Both the position numbers and the translations under genes were made by a program. Below, piece by piece: positions 11,928 through 24,663 of a stretch of DNA of 64,000 bases. Position 1 is the stretch's first letter. Every line of letters begins with the position of its first letter. Origin of the DNA: Selaginella moellendorffii (Eukaryota > Plantae > Lycopodiophyta); NCBI RefSeq assembly GCF_000143415.4, contig NW_003314313.1, forward strand, positions 390,418 through 454,417, in the 5' to 3' direction. The notes under the pieces are model-generated. The model searched no databases. It was not told the origin of the DNA and saw nothing but the letters and a program-made list of their open reading frames with translations.

Positions 11928-12825
11928 TCAGAGTTTTAAGTCGTGCTCGTGGAGAAACTTGGTTGCCAACCATTTTTCTCCTTTGACAACAGGGCAGCCT
12001 CCTGTTTGAACAAAGAGAAAGAAAAATGTTTGAGCTTGTAATGTTAACACAAACCATGAAAGCTGAATGGATCGATTTCTCCTGATGGTCTGGTGATCCA
12101 GAAAAGAAGACCATCACCTCTCCTTGGCCGGATGACGATCCCCTTTTTAGTGCACTCGGAGGTGTTTGTTGAATAGTCATTTGTGACATTTGCCAATGCT
12201 CGCGGGAAAACAGTCTCCCCGCCATTTTCAACGTTTGTCCTACATAAGAATGTCAGCTGAAACCAATCCTTCAGTGTCTAAATTTTACACTTACAAATAA
12301 AGAAGTAATGTTCCAATCCGGTGTCCTCCATTATTGTTATTCTCAGTGAGCTTGTAATAATCTTGGTGTGGCTCAAACTTTTGCCCGGTTTTATAACGCA
12401 CCACCTGCAAACTTTCACCATATTCTACACAGAAATTTGAATGATTCTTGTTCAAGAAGATTTTGTGGGAATTCTAAACCTTTGGGAATGAATGTGATGC
12501 TTGAGATTCTATCTTCAATCCCAGAAACTATGTTGTCGTGATCACGCCTGAGGAATGCTCCCCAACTAGTTCTATTTCTTCTGTCCTTTTTTTGTCAATC
12601 ACTGAAGACCGTCTTAAGCGTGGTAGTGCGAGACCAATTAAATGGTCGCACTGGTCATCGCACTAAGAAGTCATGGAAAAGAAACACACGAGGATTGAAC
12701 GATGAGATGACTTCCATACTACTCCCGAACGTGTTACCACCATGTTTAGCTATGTTACAAACCAGAAATAACAATTGCAAAATCCAAAAGATCAAGAAGA
12801 GAACCACAATTCTCATCTTCGCCAT
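11928..12825 (-). pseudogene. P4H: Prolyl 4-hydroxylase (2OG-Fe(II) dioxygenase), frameshifted in its 5' part
   Basis: Signal anchor MAKMRIVVLFLIFW, then PRVFLFHDFL, CDHLIGLALPRLRRSSVID, RTSWGAFL, YGESLQVVRYKTGQKFEPHQDY (HxD), NVENGGETVFP, SFHGGCPVVKGEKWLATKF. 3' exons 12424-12295, 12239-12055 and 12001-11928 are intact with GT-AG introns. In-frame TGA at 12655 and a second frameshift at ~12590. Confidence 0.85.
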
Positions 12826-13642
12826 AGCCAACCCGGCCCAAGAGGGCAGAATAGAGAATACAGCAACACTATCCCTATCTAATAGTCTCAGGTGGTCTTC
12901 TAAAGGTACATTCATGCTCTTTCTCTCAAAATCATGTGTGGTTGGTGAGCACACAAATTTGTTTTGAGTGTGAGTATATATGTAAACATAATGGGAAGAT
13001 AGGGGCAATTCACAAGCTCTTTTTTCCACTCTTGCTCCTGCTCACTCTCTTTTCTCTCAGCAATGGCGACGGCAGCGAAGGAAGCAACATGGATGTGAAT
13101 GCGGAACACTGGAGATCGACACTATCAAGGACATGAGCAAGAAGTGCAACACTAGCTTCTGCACCTAAAACCACTCATTTGTAACGCTAAGATCTATGTT
13201 ACCCCTTAACACAAAATATTAATAAACATCCGGCCGGCTTCCCATTTTTCTGGTTAGATTAAGATCACAGGTGTTTCACGCCACGATTTCGCACCATGAA
13301 GCTCCTAAGAGCTCTGCCCAAACGTTCGGCAAGGTCAAGCAACTGGCGCCTGGAATGCTGTCAACGCTCTTCACGCCAAAGTCGCTCCAGCTCAGGGTGG
13401 TTGGGTTATTTTGCTCAAGCTTTCGCCACGCTTTTAGCCACTGACATCTCGATTGGGAATTCCAGGTATTTCTTGAGTTTTCCAGGTTATCGGTGCCTCC
13501 TGATTTCTTGAATCTCTCTCTCCACTCTTCTAGCCACTCATCTCTTTTAAAAGCCCTTCTCCAAAATGGAGTGCCGTGACCCATTCGAGGCATGAGTAAA
13601 AAGTTCCTTAAGTTGTCGTCTTTTTAGTTTAGACGAGAAAAG

Positions 13643-16519
13643 ATGGAATTCGTGCGCGTTCCTGGATCGAAGCTGCCACGCTTTGACATAGAGCTTGAGC
13701 GAATAATTCCTATATTTCCACAACTATTCCAGCAATTGGTATGCAATTTCTTTTTCTTTTCACTTAGGCATCTAAGATCTAATTAACTGCTAGGAAGAAG
13801 AGCTAGTAGCTCTAGAAGCATGCAACGAGCATTCATGGGAGTCTCTAGCTATTCCTTTGGAGTGGATTATGGATACACTGATTGTTAGCTGCAGCGTTGT
13901 GAACCATCTTCAACATATGAAGGATTCGAAAAACCTTCGAGGTGCAATACAAGAAATTGAGGTATCTACTTTCAGGCACAAAAAATTGTTAATAATGGTT
14001 TCTTATAGGCTCGAAGGAAAGATTTTGATCTCAAACTTGCCCAGAGCAAACCTCTCTTCGATAGCTTCAAGGCACTTCAGGAAGACCCGAACTTCCAAAA
14101 TTCGAGCGATGCTCAGAAAAGGACTGTGGAAAGCTACATGAAAAAGGTAATTATAAGTGGTGTTCATTTGGAAGATGGACAAAAGAAGCTCTTCAACCAG
14201 TATGAGAAGGTATTCTTTGCATTTGTTATGTATTTGTATAATACTTTTTCCAGGAACTAGTGGAGCTGACTAGAAAATTCAGTGACAATATCCTCGATTC
14301 CATTAGAAAATATGGCAAACTAGTTACTAGTGTGGAAGAAGTTGAGGGATTGTCGGCAACATCTCTGGCACTTGCAGCAAAAGCAGCAGCTTCAGAGGTA
14401 ATTGAAGCTATGATAATAATCACACAATTCTTTCATAATTGATCATTTTCAGGGCTATGAAGTTGCATCACCCGAGCTTGGGCCTTGGCTATTTAAGATC
14501 GATAAATCTAGTTATTTTCGAGTGATGAAACATCTGAAGAACAGGAAAGCCCGAGAGGAGTTATATGTGGCTTATAGAAACAAAGCTTCTACTGGGGAGT
14601 TCAACAACACTCCTGTCTTGACACGAATCTTAGAACTCCGAAATTTGAAAGCCAAACTTCTTGGTTACAAGAACTATGCCGAGGTGGTATAAGTGTTTCT
14701 TTGATATTTTATTAGTCTTATGATTATTCCTCTTCTAGATTAGTATGCTTTTGAAAATGGCAACACTTGATAAAGCCAACGAGTTGCTAGAAAAACTTCG
14801 AAGCGGGGCATGGGATGGTGCTTTGCGAGGTAAAAGTTTTGAAAACCTCTAGTTTCTTTCGGATGGTATAAAATCTTACTCCATTATTGTTTCAGAACTA
14901 GAGGCTTTGAAGGCTCTAGCAGCGTCCAATGGTGAGAATTATGAGCTCATGCCTTGGGATCTTCCATACTGGATGGAAAGGCGACGAGAAGCCAGGCTTG
15001 ACATGAGCGAGGTGATGAAAACCTCTACCAAGTCTACTTTTAACTTTTCGAATTTGCAGGAAGAGTTCAGGCCATTCTTTGCATTCCCTCATGTGTTGGA
15101 AGGCTTGTTTTTGCTGGCAAAAAGACTCTTTTCAATAGAGATTGATGCTGCAGACAACCTCGTGGCAACATCCGTAAGTGTTTAGCTTTCGTGCACTTGA
15201 ACGTCTTGAATGAGTTGTATGTTTTCTTCGTAGATTTGGCACGGTGACGTGAGGTTTTTCAGAGTGAAAGATATGGATACCAAGGAAACGCTTGCCTACT
15301 TTTACATAGATCCATACTCAAGGCCTCTGGAAAAGAGAGGAGGTGCTTTTGTTAGCAGCTTTGTGGCAAAGAGAAGCCGAGCTCTTGCACCAGAGGGTTG
15401 TGACATCCGACTCCCAGCTTGTATCATCGTTTGCAATCAGACGCCGCCTCTCGGAGACAACCCAAGCTTGATGACATTTGACGAGGTATATATTACATTT
15501 TATAGCCATTGATATTTGATTTCATGGTTGTGTGTCTAGTTGAAAACACTGTTTCACGAGTTTGGCCACGCTTTGCAACACATGCTTACGACACAAGAGG
15601 TCATATTCGTTTCAGGTATGCAAAATGTAGAACAAGATGCTGTAGAGCTCCCCTCGCAATTCATGGAGAACTGGTGCTACGATAAGTAAGAATAGTATAT
15701 GTTAACCAATTTAGAAGGATTATATAATAAATTTCCATTGCAGGGACACACTGTCAAGCTTTGCCAAGCATTACAAAACAGGCGAGCTACTTCCAGAATC
15801 GCTGTTTGAAAAGATCAAATCATCTAGAACACTGAGAGCTATAGACATGTTAAACCAGGTATGCTTGCTTTACATTTTTCCTTTTTCTGATGTTTCATTG
15901 TTGAGGTGTACCAGGTCTTACTTGCCGCAGTGGATCTAGAGCTCCACTCCAACTTTGAGCCTAATGGTTTGACAACGAAAATTCACGAAGTGTATAGCGA
16001 ACTATCACAAAAAACTCAGATTCCACCGTGCATGCCTGGAGAACAATACCTTTGCAGCTTCTCACATATTTCTACTGGTATGTATATCGGCAATGCCTTC
16101 TGAAGATATATAACTTTTCACTTGAAGCTGATGCTTCTATTTCTTTCATAGGTAATTATGCAGCTGGATACTATGGTTATAAGGTGGCTCTAAAATATTT
16201 CAGAAAAAAAAACATGGTCTTTCTTAATGTTTTTCTATCTTGCAGTGGGCTGAAGTCTTGTCTGCCGATGTTTTCAATGGATTTGAAGAAGCTATGCTCA
16301 AAGATGAAAAGGTACCAAAGAAGAAACTATACCGTATAGTTTTGAAGATTTGGTTCTGACATTTAATTCTTGTAGGCTGTGAAGGAGGTCGGGATGCGTT
16401 TCCGCAATACAATCTTGGCACTCGGAGGTGGAATGGCGGCTCTAGATGTTTTCAAAGCATTCCGGGGCAGAGAACCATCTGTTGATCCTTTACTTCGGCA
16501 ATATGGACTTACGAAATAG
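13643..16519 (+). CDS. Oligopeptidase A (peptidase family M3A), multi-exon, probably cytosolic
   Basis: [22 protein letters not shown]...[19 protein letters not shown] (HExxH at 15555-15569), [47 protein letters not shown]. No obvious transit peptide. Confidence 0.92.
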
Positions 16520-16539
16520 TGACGAGTCTATAGACAATA

Positions 16540-18178
16540 TTACAAGCTATTGAGAAGTTCCTGGAGGTTACGAAGGCCTTCGTTGGAAATAGTTCTCACG
16601 GGAGGCTTGATGATCCGAAGGCTGGGTGGCGGATCCCTGCGGAAGCACACGGTCACCACCGTGAGATTGTCCGAGGTGTCCCGCTTGAGAGCCTCGACGA
16701 TCAAGTCCTTGGAGCACTTCTCCGGATCGTTGTGCTGCTGGAGCCTCCTGCGGGCAAAGGTGACGGCGTCCTGGCTCGAGAATGCGTCCCAGAGACCATC
16801 ACAGCCGATGATGAGAAACTCGTCGTCCTCGGTGAGCTCGGCCTGCCGCATCTCTGGCTCGCCGCTCAGAGGCCCGCTGGAGGAGCCACCATCGTCGTCG
16901 TCGGCTTTGAGCCCTTCGAGGTGCCAGTCGCCCAGAGCTCTGGCCACTGAGAGCTGTCCATTGAGGTAGCCATCGTCGACGAAGCCTCCCAGTGACTCAA
17001 TGCGAGATTTTTCCTCCACACACGACGGCTTGTGGTCTCTTGACATTGGCACAGCTCTGCCGCGTCTACAGAGAACTGCACGACAATCTCCTACATTAGC
17101 CACTAACAAGGTCCTGCAAATAGTGTAGAAAACACAAACACGACGTCACTGGAAGAGCTCCAAGGAGAAGATGGTAAAAAAGAATATAAAAAACAAGCAG
17201 GCAGAGCAGGATATGTTTTAAATGAATTTTAGAATACCTCCCAAAGATGAGCACGGTGAGAGCAGTGGTCCCGGATGCAAGCTCGCTATCAATCTGGCAG
17301 GCCTGAGCGAAAGCTCTGTCGGTCCGCAAAAATGCTCGCTTCACTGCCTCCTCCAGTGCCGCGGGAAACGCCGTGTCTTCCACGATGAACTTGAGAAGGT
17401 TTTCTCTCACGAACTGCGCGGCATCTTTTCCAAGATGGCCATCAAACACCTGCAAGTAGACTTCTTTCTCGCTTTGCAGAATATAAAAGAGAGAGACAAA
17501 ACGCTTAGAAGAGAGCGTACCCCGTAGAAGGAACCAGTGCTCTCGCCAATGACAAGCTCACCGAGATGCTTGACAAGATCGTCGATTCGGACGTGGGCAT
17601 CTTCCATGTGATTGCGGAGCCCAATGTCGGCCCAGCCACCCGAGCGAATAAACGGGAGGAATTCCTCCACAAGAGCTTCGGTGATCTTCTCGTCCACCTA
17701 AAAAGAGTGGAAGAAAAAACACACATCACCAAACAAGTAGCGAAAACCACTGACTACCTACACGCAAAAAAGTAGACTAACACGCACGGACAGACGAAAA
17801 GCTCCACCCGGGACCAAAAAAATCTAGGCACGAATGGGAAGAAAGCAAAGCAATCGTACACACAAAAAAAAAGAAGAAAATTTCACAAAGCAGGCAAAGC
17901 AAATCGTACACAAAAAAGAAAAATCCAATCACAGCTTTACCAGCGAGAAAGAAGAGAACCATCCAAGATAGAAAAAATTTCTAGCGAGACAAGAGACGTA
18001 CCAGGGAAGGAGTGGAGGAGCCTGGATTGGAAACAACCTCTTCTTGGTCAGGAGAGGCAACAACGCCGGCATCATCCACCGAGAGAGTGCTTCCATTGGA
18101 AATCGACTTGGAGGTCGAAGTGCCAGCCCTGCATTCTCCATCTAAAACTCCGACCGTGGGTGAGATACCAGCTGCCAT
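16540..18178 (-). CDS. PP2C: Protein phosphatase 2C (PPM family), 4 exons
   Basis: [54 protein letters not shown]. Exons approx 18178-18002, 17697-17522, 17449-17238, 17113-16540. Confidence 0.93.
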
Positions 18179-18251
18179 CGCTGCCGCTGCTGCTTGGCAT
18201 GTAGCTGTGCTGCGCGGGACCAAATACCTCGTCGGGAGGGGGGAGATTCCG

Positions 18252-18253
<2 letters not shown>

Positions 18254-18283
<30 letters not shown>

Positions 18284-18293
18284 TGCTGCTGCT
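18254..18293. repeat. (GCC)n(GCT)n microsatellite in the probable PP2C 5' leader
   Basis: Directly visible, ~75 bp upstream of the PP2C ATG. Confidence 0.85.
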
Positions 18294-19013
18294 GTGGCGA
18301 GCGATCGATCGATGCGCGTGGCCGCGAGGATTGCCAGAGGGAAACCGAGGCGGCGTGAGCAATCGTACCTGGAAATGCCGCGCGCCACACAAAAAGAAAA
18401 GAAAAAAGAGGAGAAAGAGAAAGGACTAGCCCTAAAGTGTCGGGGATCCAACGGCCAGGATCTAGGCAAGCATATGCTGAAAAAGATTCGCATCTTTTGA
18501 ATGGACACGTTTTTCAAATTTGATGGACGATGTCCTCCACTGGATGGAAGCTTCTTCGTAAAATCAATCTTTTTTGCGTGGCGGCCACTGTGATATTTTT
18601 AAAGCTCCAGAGGTTGGAAAAGTTGAATCGAGTCTCTACGCTAACATAGGCACACCACTGGGGGATAATCCACAACCATACCTTATCTTCCAAAAACAAA
18701 GATACTTTATAGTATAAAAATAAAAAAGGAATATTTTAGTAATAAAAATGTCCACGATTTTTTTGGTGAGTGGGCGACCACATGTGCTACTATTATACGT
18801 GCAGCAGCTTTTCGGCTATGGCCGCCGGCAAGAGTTTCCTTGCTAGCTTCGTTGCCTGGTCAAAACATCACGCGAGACGCGATTTCCATTTACTCCAGCG
18901 CGGCCCAAGGTCGCGGCCCAAGGTCTATCGCCATATAACAAATGCGTCACAGAGTGGCACGCTAGCTCGATCTAGAGAGCAGAGAAGGAAGAGCGAGCAG
19001 CATCCATCCCTCG

Positions 19014-22000
19014 ATGGTGAAAGAGGATCACATAACGGTCGAGATGAGGAACTTGTCTGGCGCTGGCGCCAGATCCAGGGGCACGTCGCGAACCAGCTCC
19101 GCAAACACGGGCACCGGCGGCGAGGTTCTCGTGGAGCTCCAGATCGGGAGGGCCGACAGCGACGACTCGCTGCTAGAGATCAACAGCCTAAACAGCAGCT
19201 CCGACCATAGCGCCAAGAGGATCACGTCCTCCAAGTGGAAGCAATTCTCCCAGGAGCTCAAGAAGCTCTCGTTGAGCCGGAGTGGTACCAACAAGGGGGG
19301 GGCGGGGGCGGCGGCGGCGGCGGGCGGGGCTAGGCTCCCGCGCACCAAATCCTCCGCCGAGACCGCCATCAAGGGGCTTCGATTCATCAGCAAGGCCACC
19401 GAGAAGGCCGACCGGGAGCAGCTATGGCAGGATGTGGCGACGCGGTTCGACTCCCTGGCCGTGGATGGATTCCTCTCGCGCGCCGATTTTGGAGCTTGCA
19501 TTGGTGAGTTTTCTTGTTCTTGGCCTCGTTTGAATCTTGTTGGGTTTGGATCGCTCCTTCTCTCGATCCGAGGCCTGGGCTGGCGATCGGATCATGTGGG
19601 TCGGGTGATCCCGACACGATCTGTCGTGGGTTCCACCCCTCTCGTGCTCGTTTTGCTCGAGCCCCTCGATCCCCTGGCTTGCCGCTGCGATTTCTCGCTG
19701 CTGGGGACGTGGGTCTCGCTGGCTCGTGATCCCCAGGGGATTGCTCTGGTGACTCCGTGATGGGTCCGCCGCATTTCTCGATCTTGGAATGGTTTCTCGC
19801 TCCTATCATTGTCCGCATTGGTTGCGATGCCAGTGCATGTGATGACTGTTGAAAGTCTGCAGCACTACAGTGGCCGCATTGTGTGCTTTTTTGCTCGACC
19901 TTTTCTCACGATCGATCTGTCGGAATCAAATCTCAGCCTCTTTTGTCTTGGATCTACAGGTATGAAAGATTCAAAGGAGTTTGCGGGACAGTTGTTCGAT
20001 TGTCTAGCCCGCAAAATGGACGTGAACCAGCTCAAAATCGATAAAGACCAGGCTCGCGAGTTTTGGTTCTGGATCTCCGACCCGAGCTTCGACTCCAGGC
20101 TCGAAATCTTCTTCGACATGTACGTAAAAATCTGAATTTTCCTCTTCTTTCAACTCAACCGGTTTTGCACAGGTGCGACAAAAATTCCGACGGAAGGATT
20201 ACGGAAGAAGAAGTGAAAGAGGCAAGCTTTCTTCCATTCTTTTTGTTCCATTACTGCTTGCTACGACGACGCTGACTAACGAAAAAAATTCTATTCTTTT
20301 GTTCCACTATTGCTTGCTACGACGACGCTGACTAACGATCGCGAAAAATTTCTTTGTCCAGGTCATTAAAATAAGCGCGAGTGAGAACAAGCTCTCGAAA
20401 CTCAAGGAGCAAGCCGACGAGTACGCGGCGCTGATCATGGAAGAATTAGACCCGGACAATCTGGGTTATGTCGAGGTTTGCCATCCATCTTTGACTCTCG
20501 TTAAGCTCACGACCAAATCACTCGCTCACTCTAGACTTTGTGTCACTTTCTTGCAGCTATGGCAACTTGAAACTCTCCTACGTGGTGAGATTGTCGGTGC
20601 CTCGCAGCGATACTCCACACAAAACGTAAGCCAGATGCTAAGTCAAGCACTGGTTCCACCACACAGACGGGGCCACTTGCACGAGATCAAGTCCAAGACC
20701 AAGTATTTCCTGGCCGAGAACTGGAAGAGGATTTGGGTGCTGGCGCTGTGGATCGCTGCGTGCGTCGGGCTTTTCACCTGGAAGTTCGTCCAGTACCGGA
20801 ACAAGGCCGCGTTTGATGTCATGGGATATTGTCTCTGCATCGCCAAAGGTGCGGCCGAGACTCTCAAGCTCAACATGGCTTTGATCTTGTTTCCAATGTG
20901 TCGGAACTTTCTCACGTACTTGAGATCGACTTGGCTCAACCAGGTCGTGCCTTTCAACGACAATATCAACTTTCACAAGGTAAAGTTCTAGCTAGCTCTT
21001 TTCCTGATGTTTAAACGTTTTCTCCCTTCGAGCAGACTATAGCGGCTGGAATCGTCGTGGGTGTTCTTCTCCACGGAGGAATGCATATAACTTGCGATAT
21101 CCCGAGGCTTGTGAGCTACGACGAGGAGGAATTCATCGCGAAGATCGGGCGTGGATTCAACTATAGGCAGCCAACTTACTGGGAGGTTGTCAAGGGCGTG
21201 GAGGGAGTGACGGGGATTGTCATGGTGGTTCTCATGGCGATAGCTTTCACACTCGCAACTCACAAGTTTCGGCGAAATCTCGTCAAGTTCCCGTGGCCTT
21301 TCCACCGGATGACGGGATTCAACACGTTTTGGTACACACATCACCTCTTCATCATCGTCTACGTGCTTCTCATCATCCACGGCATCTTCCTCTACCTGAC
21401 TTACAAATGGCAGCAAAAAACTGTAAGATCATCTTGCTCCAAATTCACGTTCTTACTTTTTCCTTTCAAACGCAGACTTGGATGTATGTTGCGATCCCTG
21501 TCCTTCTCTACGCGTTTGAAAGGATTCGCAGGGTTTTCAAGTCTACTGTTTATCCGGTGAAAGTCGTAAAGGTAGGACTTCACCACCGTTGTTTGCATGG
21601 AGATTGAAAAATCTGGGTTCCTTTTTGTCAAACTTTTCAGGTGGCTATCTACACTGGCAACGTCATGGCTTTGTACATGACCAAGCCTCCAAACTTCCGG
21701 TACAAGAGTGGAATGTACATGGTCTTGAACTGTCCAGCAGTCTCTCCATTTGAGTGGTGAGTTTCTTTCACATTTTTTTCCCATTTTTTTTATAATGATT
21801 CTCAAGAACTTGTCTATGTGATCGTGTTACAGGCATCCATTCTCAATCACTTCCGCTCCAGGCGACGAGTATCTCAGCGTTCACATCAGAACTCTCGGTG
21901 ACTGGACGGCAGAACTTAAGAACGTGTTCTCGCAAATTTGCGAACCATCCGCTGGTGGCAAGAGTGGATTGCTGCGTGCCGAGGCATGGAACTCCGGGGA

Positions 22001-22894
22001 CAGCTCAAAGTAAGCCATCTTTACTTTTCCTCGAGAGAGAGCCGCAAGAACTAATCTATGATCCAATCCTTCGCAGCTTTCCAAAGCTCTTCATCGATGG
22101 GCCTTACGGAGCTCCATCGCAGGACTACACCTCCTACGACATTCTCCTTCTCGTCGGCCTGGGCATTGGAGCCACTCCCTTCATCAGTGTTCTCAAAGAC
22201 ATGCTCAACAACATGAAGAAGAACGAGACGAGCGCCGACGTGAGGATCCCAATGCCCAGCCCTAGAAGAAGTCCAGGGAACTCCACGGTCCCCGGCTGGA
22301 CTCCCACGAACGCTTACTTCTACTGGGTTACACGAGAGCAAGGATCTTTCGACTGGTTCAAAGGTGTCATGAACGAAGTTGCCGAGATTGACTCCAAGGT
22401 TGGAAGTTTTCGTATGATGTTTCCATTCTTACACGTTCTTACGATGTTTTGTCAGGCTGTTATCGAGCTACATAACTATTTGACGAGTGTTTACGAAGAG
22501 GGCGATGTTCGATCGGCCCTGATTACGATGGTGCAAAGTCTACAGCATGCACGGAATGGGGTCGATATTATTTCGGGAACTCGGGTACTTTTCTAGCCTC
22601 TTTCCTTGAATTTCTTCGTGTTTCTAGTTCTCTTATATGTGTTCTTCATCTTTGGCCAGGTTAAGACTCACTTTGCCCGTCCAAACTGGAGAAAGGTTCT
22701 GTCGAGGCTGGAGAAGCTTCACAGAGGCGCGAGAATTGGTATGTTTGTGAGCTTTTCTTTGCTAAAACGTGACAAAATTTTCAGGTGTGTTTTACTGTGG
22801 AGCCCCGGCTCTTGGCAAGGAATTGGATGCGTTGTGCAAGGAATACAGCCACCATAACATCACCAAGTTTGACTTTCAAAAGGAAAACTTTTAG
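19014..22894 (+). CDS. RBOH: Respiratory burst oxidase homolog (NADPH oxidase)
   Basis: [18 protein letters not shown]-hand [93 protein letters not shown]-terminal FQKENF. Confidence 0.97.
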
Positions 22895-23418
22895 AACGTA
22901 AAGGAAACCGAGGTTCTATTGGTCGCAAGTGTATATAAAGCATACCAGATTCTTTTTTGTACCGATGCCAATCCGAGTACATAATTTACGAGATTTAAAG
23001 AGCTCATGCATGCGTGACAAGCTTGTATATGTTGTTCCAAGTTTGCCTTCAATTTTAGTCGGGCCAGGTGGTTTTGTTTCTTTGTTTTTGCCTTGATAGG
23101 CATTTACAAGCTCGGAATTTCTCCAGATCAGATCTTTCATAGCTTAATGACATATTGCATATACGTGTAAGTTTTATGTGCTCGTTTTTAAGTCAACAAG
23201 TTTCTACATCCCTTGATCTCACCTCAGAAATGTCAACTTTGCCACACCTTTTACTCGACCAGATTGCTTAGTAATGTACCTTTTTCTTTAGTTATTCCTT
23301 TTCAGAATTATGTTGGGGATTTATTAAACCAAACTTTACTGGACCTTTTTATTTTTCATATAAAAGCCCTAGAGATCTTGAAGGATTTTCATCAAAGCTC
23401 CTCTCCCTTTGTTGGATA

Positions 23419-24663
23419 ATGGCTGTGGTTTCTACAACACCACAAGAGTTACGCATAGACATCAACGATCAAAGGAGTATGAATAACGATAATTCTTCTC
23501 TACAAAATTGTGCTGGAAAGTTGAGGCTCTATCTCTCACTTGGCGCAACACAAGCTCTCTTTGCTGGATTCGAAGTTTTGAGCCGAGTAGCTCTCGACCA
23601 AGGCGTGGGAAAGACGGCGTTCACGTTTTATAGGAATTGTCTCGCCACCATCGTGTTGGGAATCTTTGGAATCATCTTCGAGCGCAAGAACTGGAGGAAG
23701 CTCACTTCCAAGGAGGTTTTCTACTTCTTTTTCCTAGGGTTCTTGGGGGTGACGATGAACCAGCTTTGCTACCTGGTCGGCCTGGGTTTGACGTCGGTCA
23801 TGGTTACATCTGCCATCCGCAACTGCATCCCTATAATGACGTTTGTTCTTGCGTGTTTCTTCAAGCTGGAAAAGGTTGACTTGAGACAAAGGCATGGCAT
23901 CGCCAAGCTCTCGGGAGCGCTGATCGGTCTTGTTGGTTCAATCATCTTGTCGATCTACAAAGGTCCCGTGGTTCTTGAGGGCAAATTCGCAGTCTTCCGC
24001 ACCAAGGATGATCAAGGCTCGTCGGCGATCGTCTCCAACATTGTGGAGCGCCATGTACTCTACTTCTTCACTGGCGAGCTCCACTATAAGATGGTTTCAT
24101 GGCATCTGGGAGCAATCTTTCTCCTCCTATCGGGCCTCTCTTTTGCGCTCTTTCTCATCCTCCAGGCTCCAGTACTCAAATCTTTCCCAGCTCCAGTAAC
24201 TTTCGCTTCCATGTCGTGCCTCTCGAGTGTGATCCAGCTCCCGGTTGTTGGAGCGGCGTTTGAGCCACAGTGGAGCTTGTGGACGAACATCAAACTCGGG
24301 GAAGCTCTGAGCATCGTCTACGCGGGAGTAATTGGATCGGGGATTGTATCAGGGATTCAATCGTGGGCGGTGAAAGAAGGAGGCCCGGTGGTAGTGGCAG
24401 CGTATCAACCACTGGAAACTATTATCACGGCGTGTCTAAGCTATTTCTTCTTGAAGGAAAGCTTGCGATTGGGAACTCTGGTGGGAGGGCTCACGATTAT
24501 CTTCGGCTTATACTTGCTCATATGGGGGCAGAGAAAGGAACGCGAGGCAAATGAGGAGGTTACGAGGAAAGCCACAGAGATTACTCTAGTTCTACAGCCT
24601 AGTCGGCGAGCTAGCTTTATCAAACCAGTTCAGGTATTTGATGTTGAGCAACGAGGCATTTAA
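23419..24663 (+). CDS. WAT1-related/UMAMIT (MtN21/EamA) transporter, intronless
   Basis: 414-aa ORF with ~10 hydrophobic segments; FYRNCLA, LEKVDL, GPVVVAAYQPL, LGTLVGGLTIIFGLYLLIWG are typical of UMAMITs. Confidence 0.93.
   Translation: MAVVSTTPQELRIDINDQRSMNNDNSSLQNCAGKLRLYLSLGATQALFAGFEVLSRVALDQGVGKTAFTFYRNCLATIVLGIFGIIFERKNWRKLTSKEVFYFFFLGFLGVTMNQLCYLVGLGLTSVMVTSAIRNCIPIMTFVLACFFKLEKVDLRQRHGIAKLSGALIGLVGSIILSIYKGPVVLEGKFAVFRTKDDQGSSAIVSNIVERHVLYFFTGELHYKMVSWHLGAIFLLLSGLSFALFLILQAPVLKSFPAPVTFASMSCLSSVIQLPVVGAAFEPQWSLWTNIKLGEALSIVYAGVIGSGIVSGIQSWAVKEGGPVVVAAYQPLETIITACLSYFFLKESLRLGTLVGGLTIIFGLYLLIWGQRKEREANEEVTRKATEITLVLQPSRRASFIKPVQVFDVEQRGI

Noticed and set aside
17981-18517. Poly-Ala/Gly/Arg ORFs on both strands
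   Set aside because: Due to the (GCC)n repeat; only 18178-18002 is taken as PP2C exon 1.
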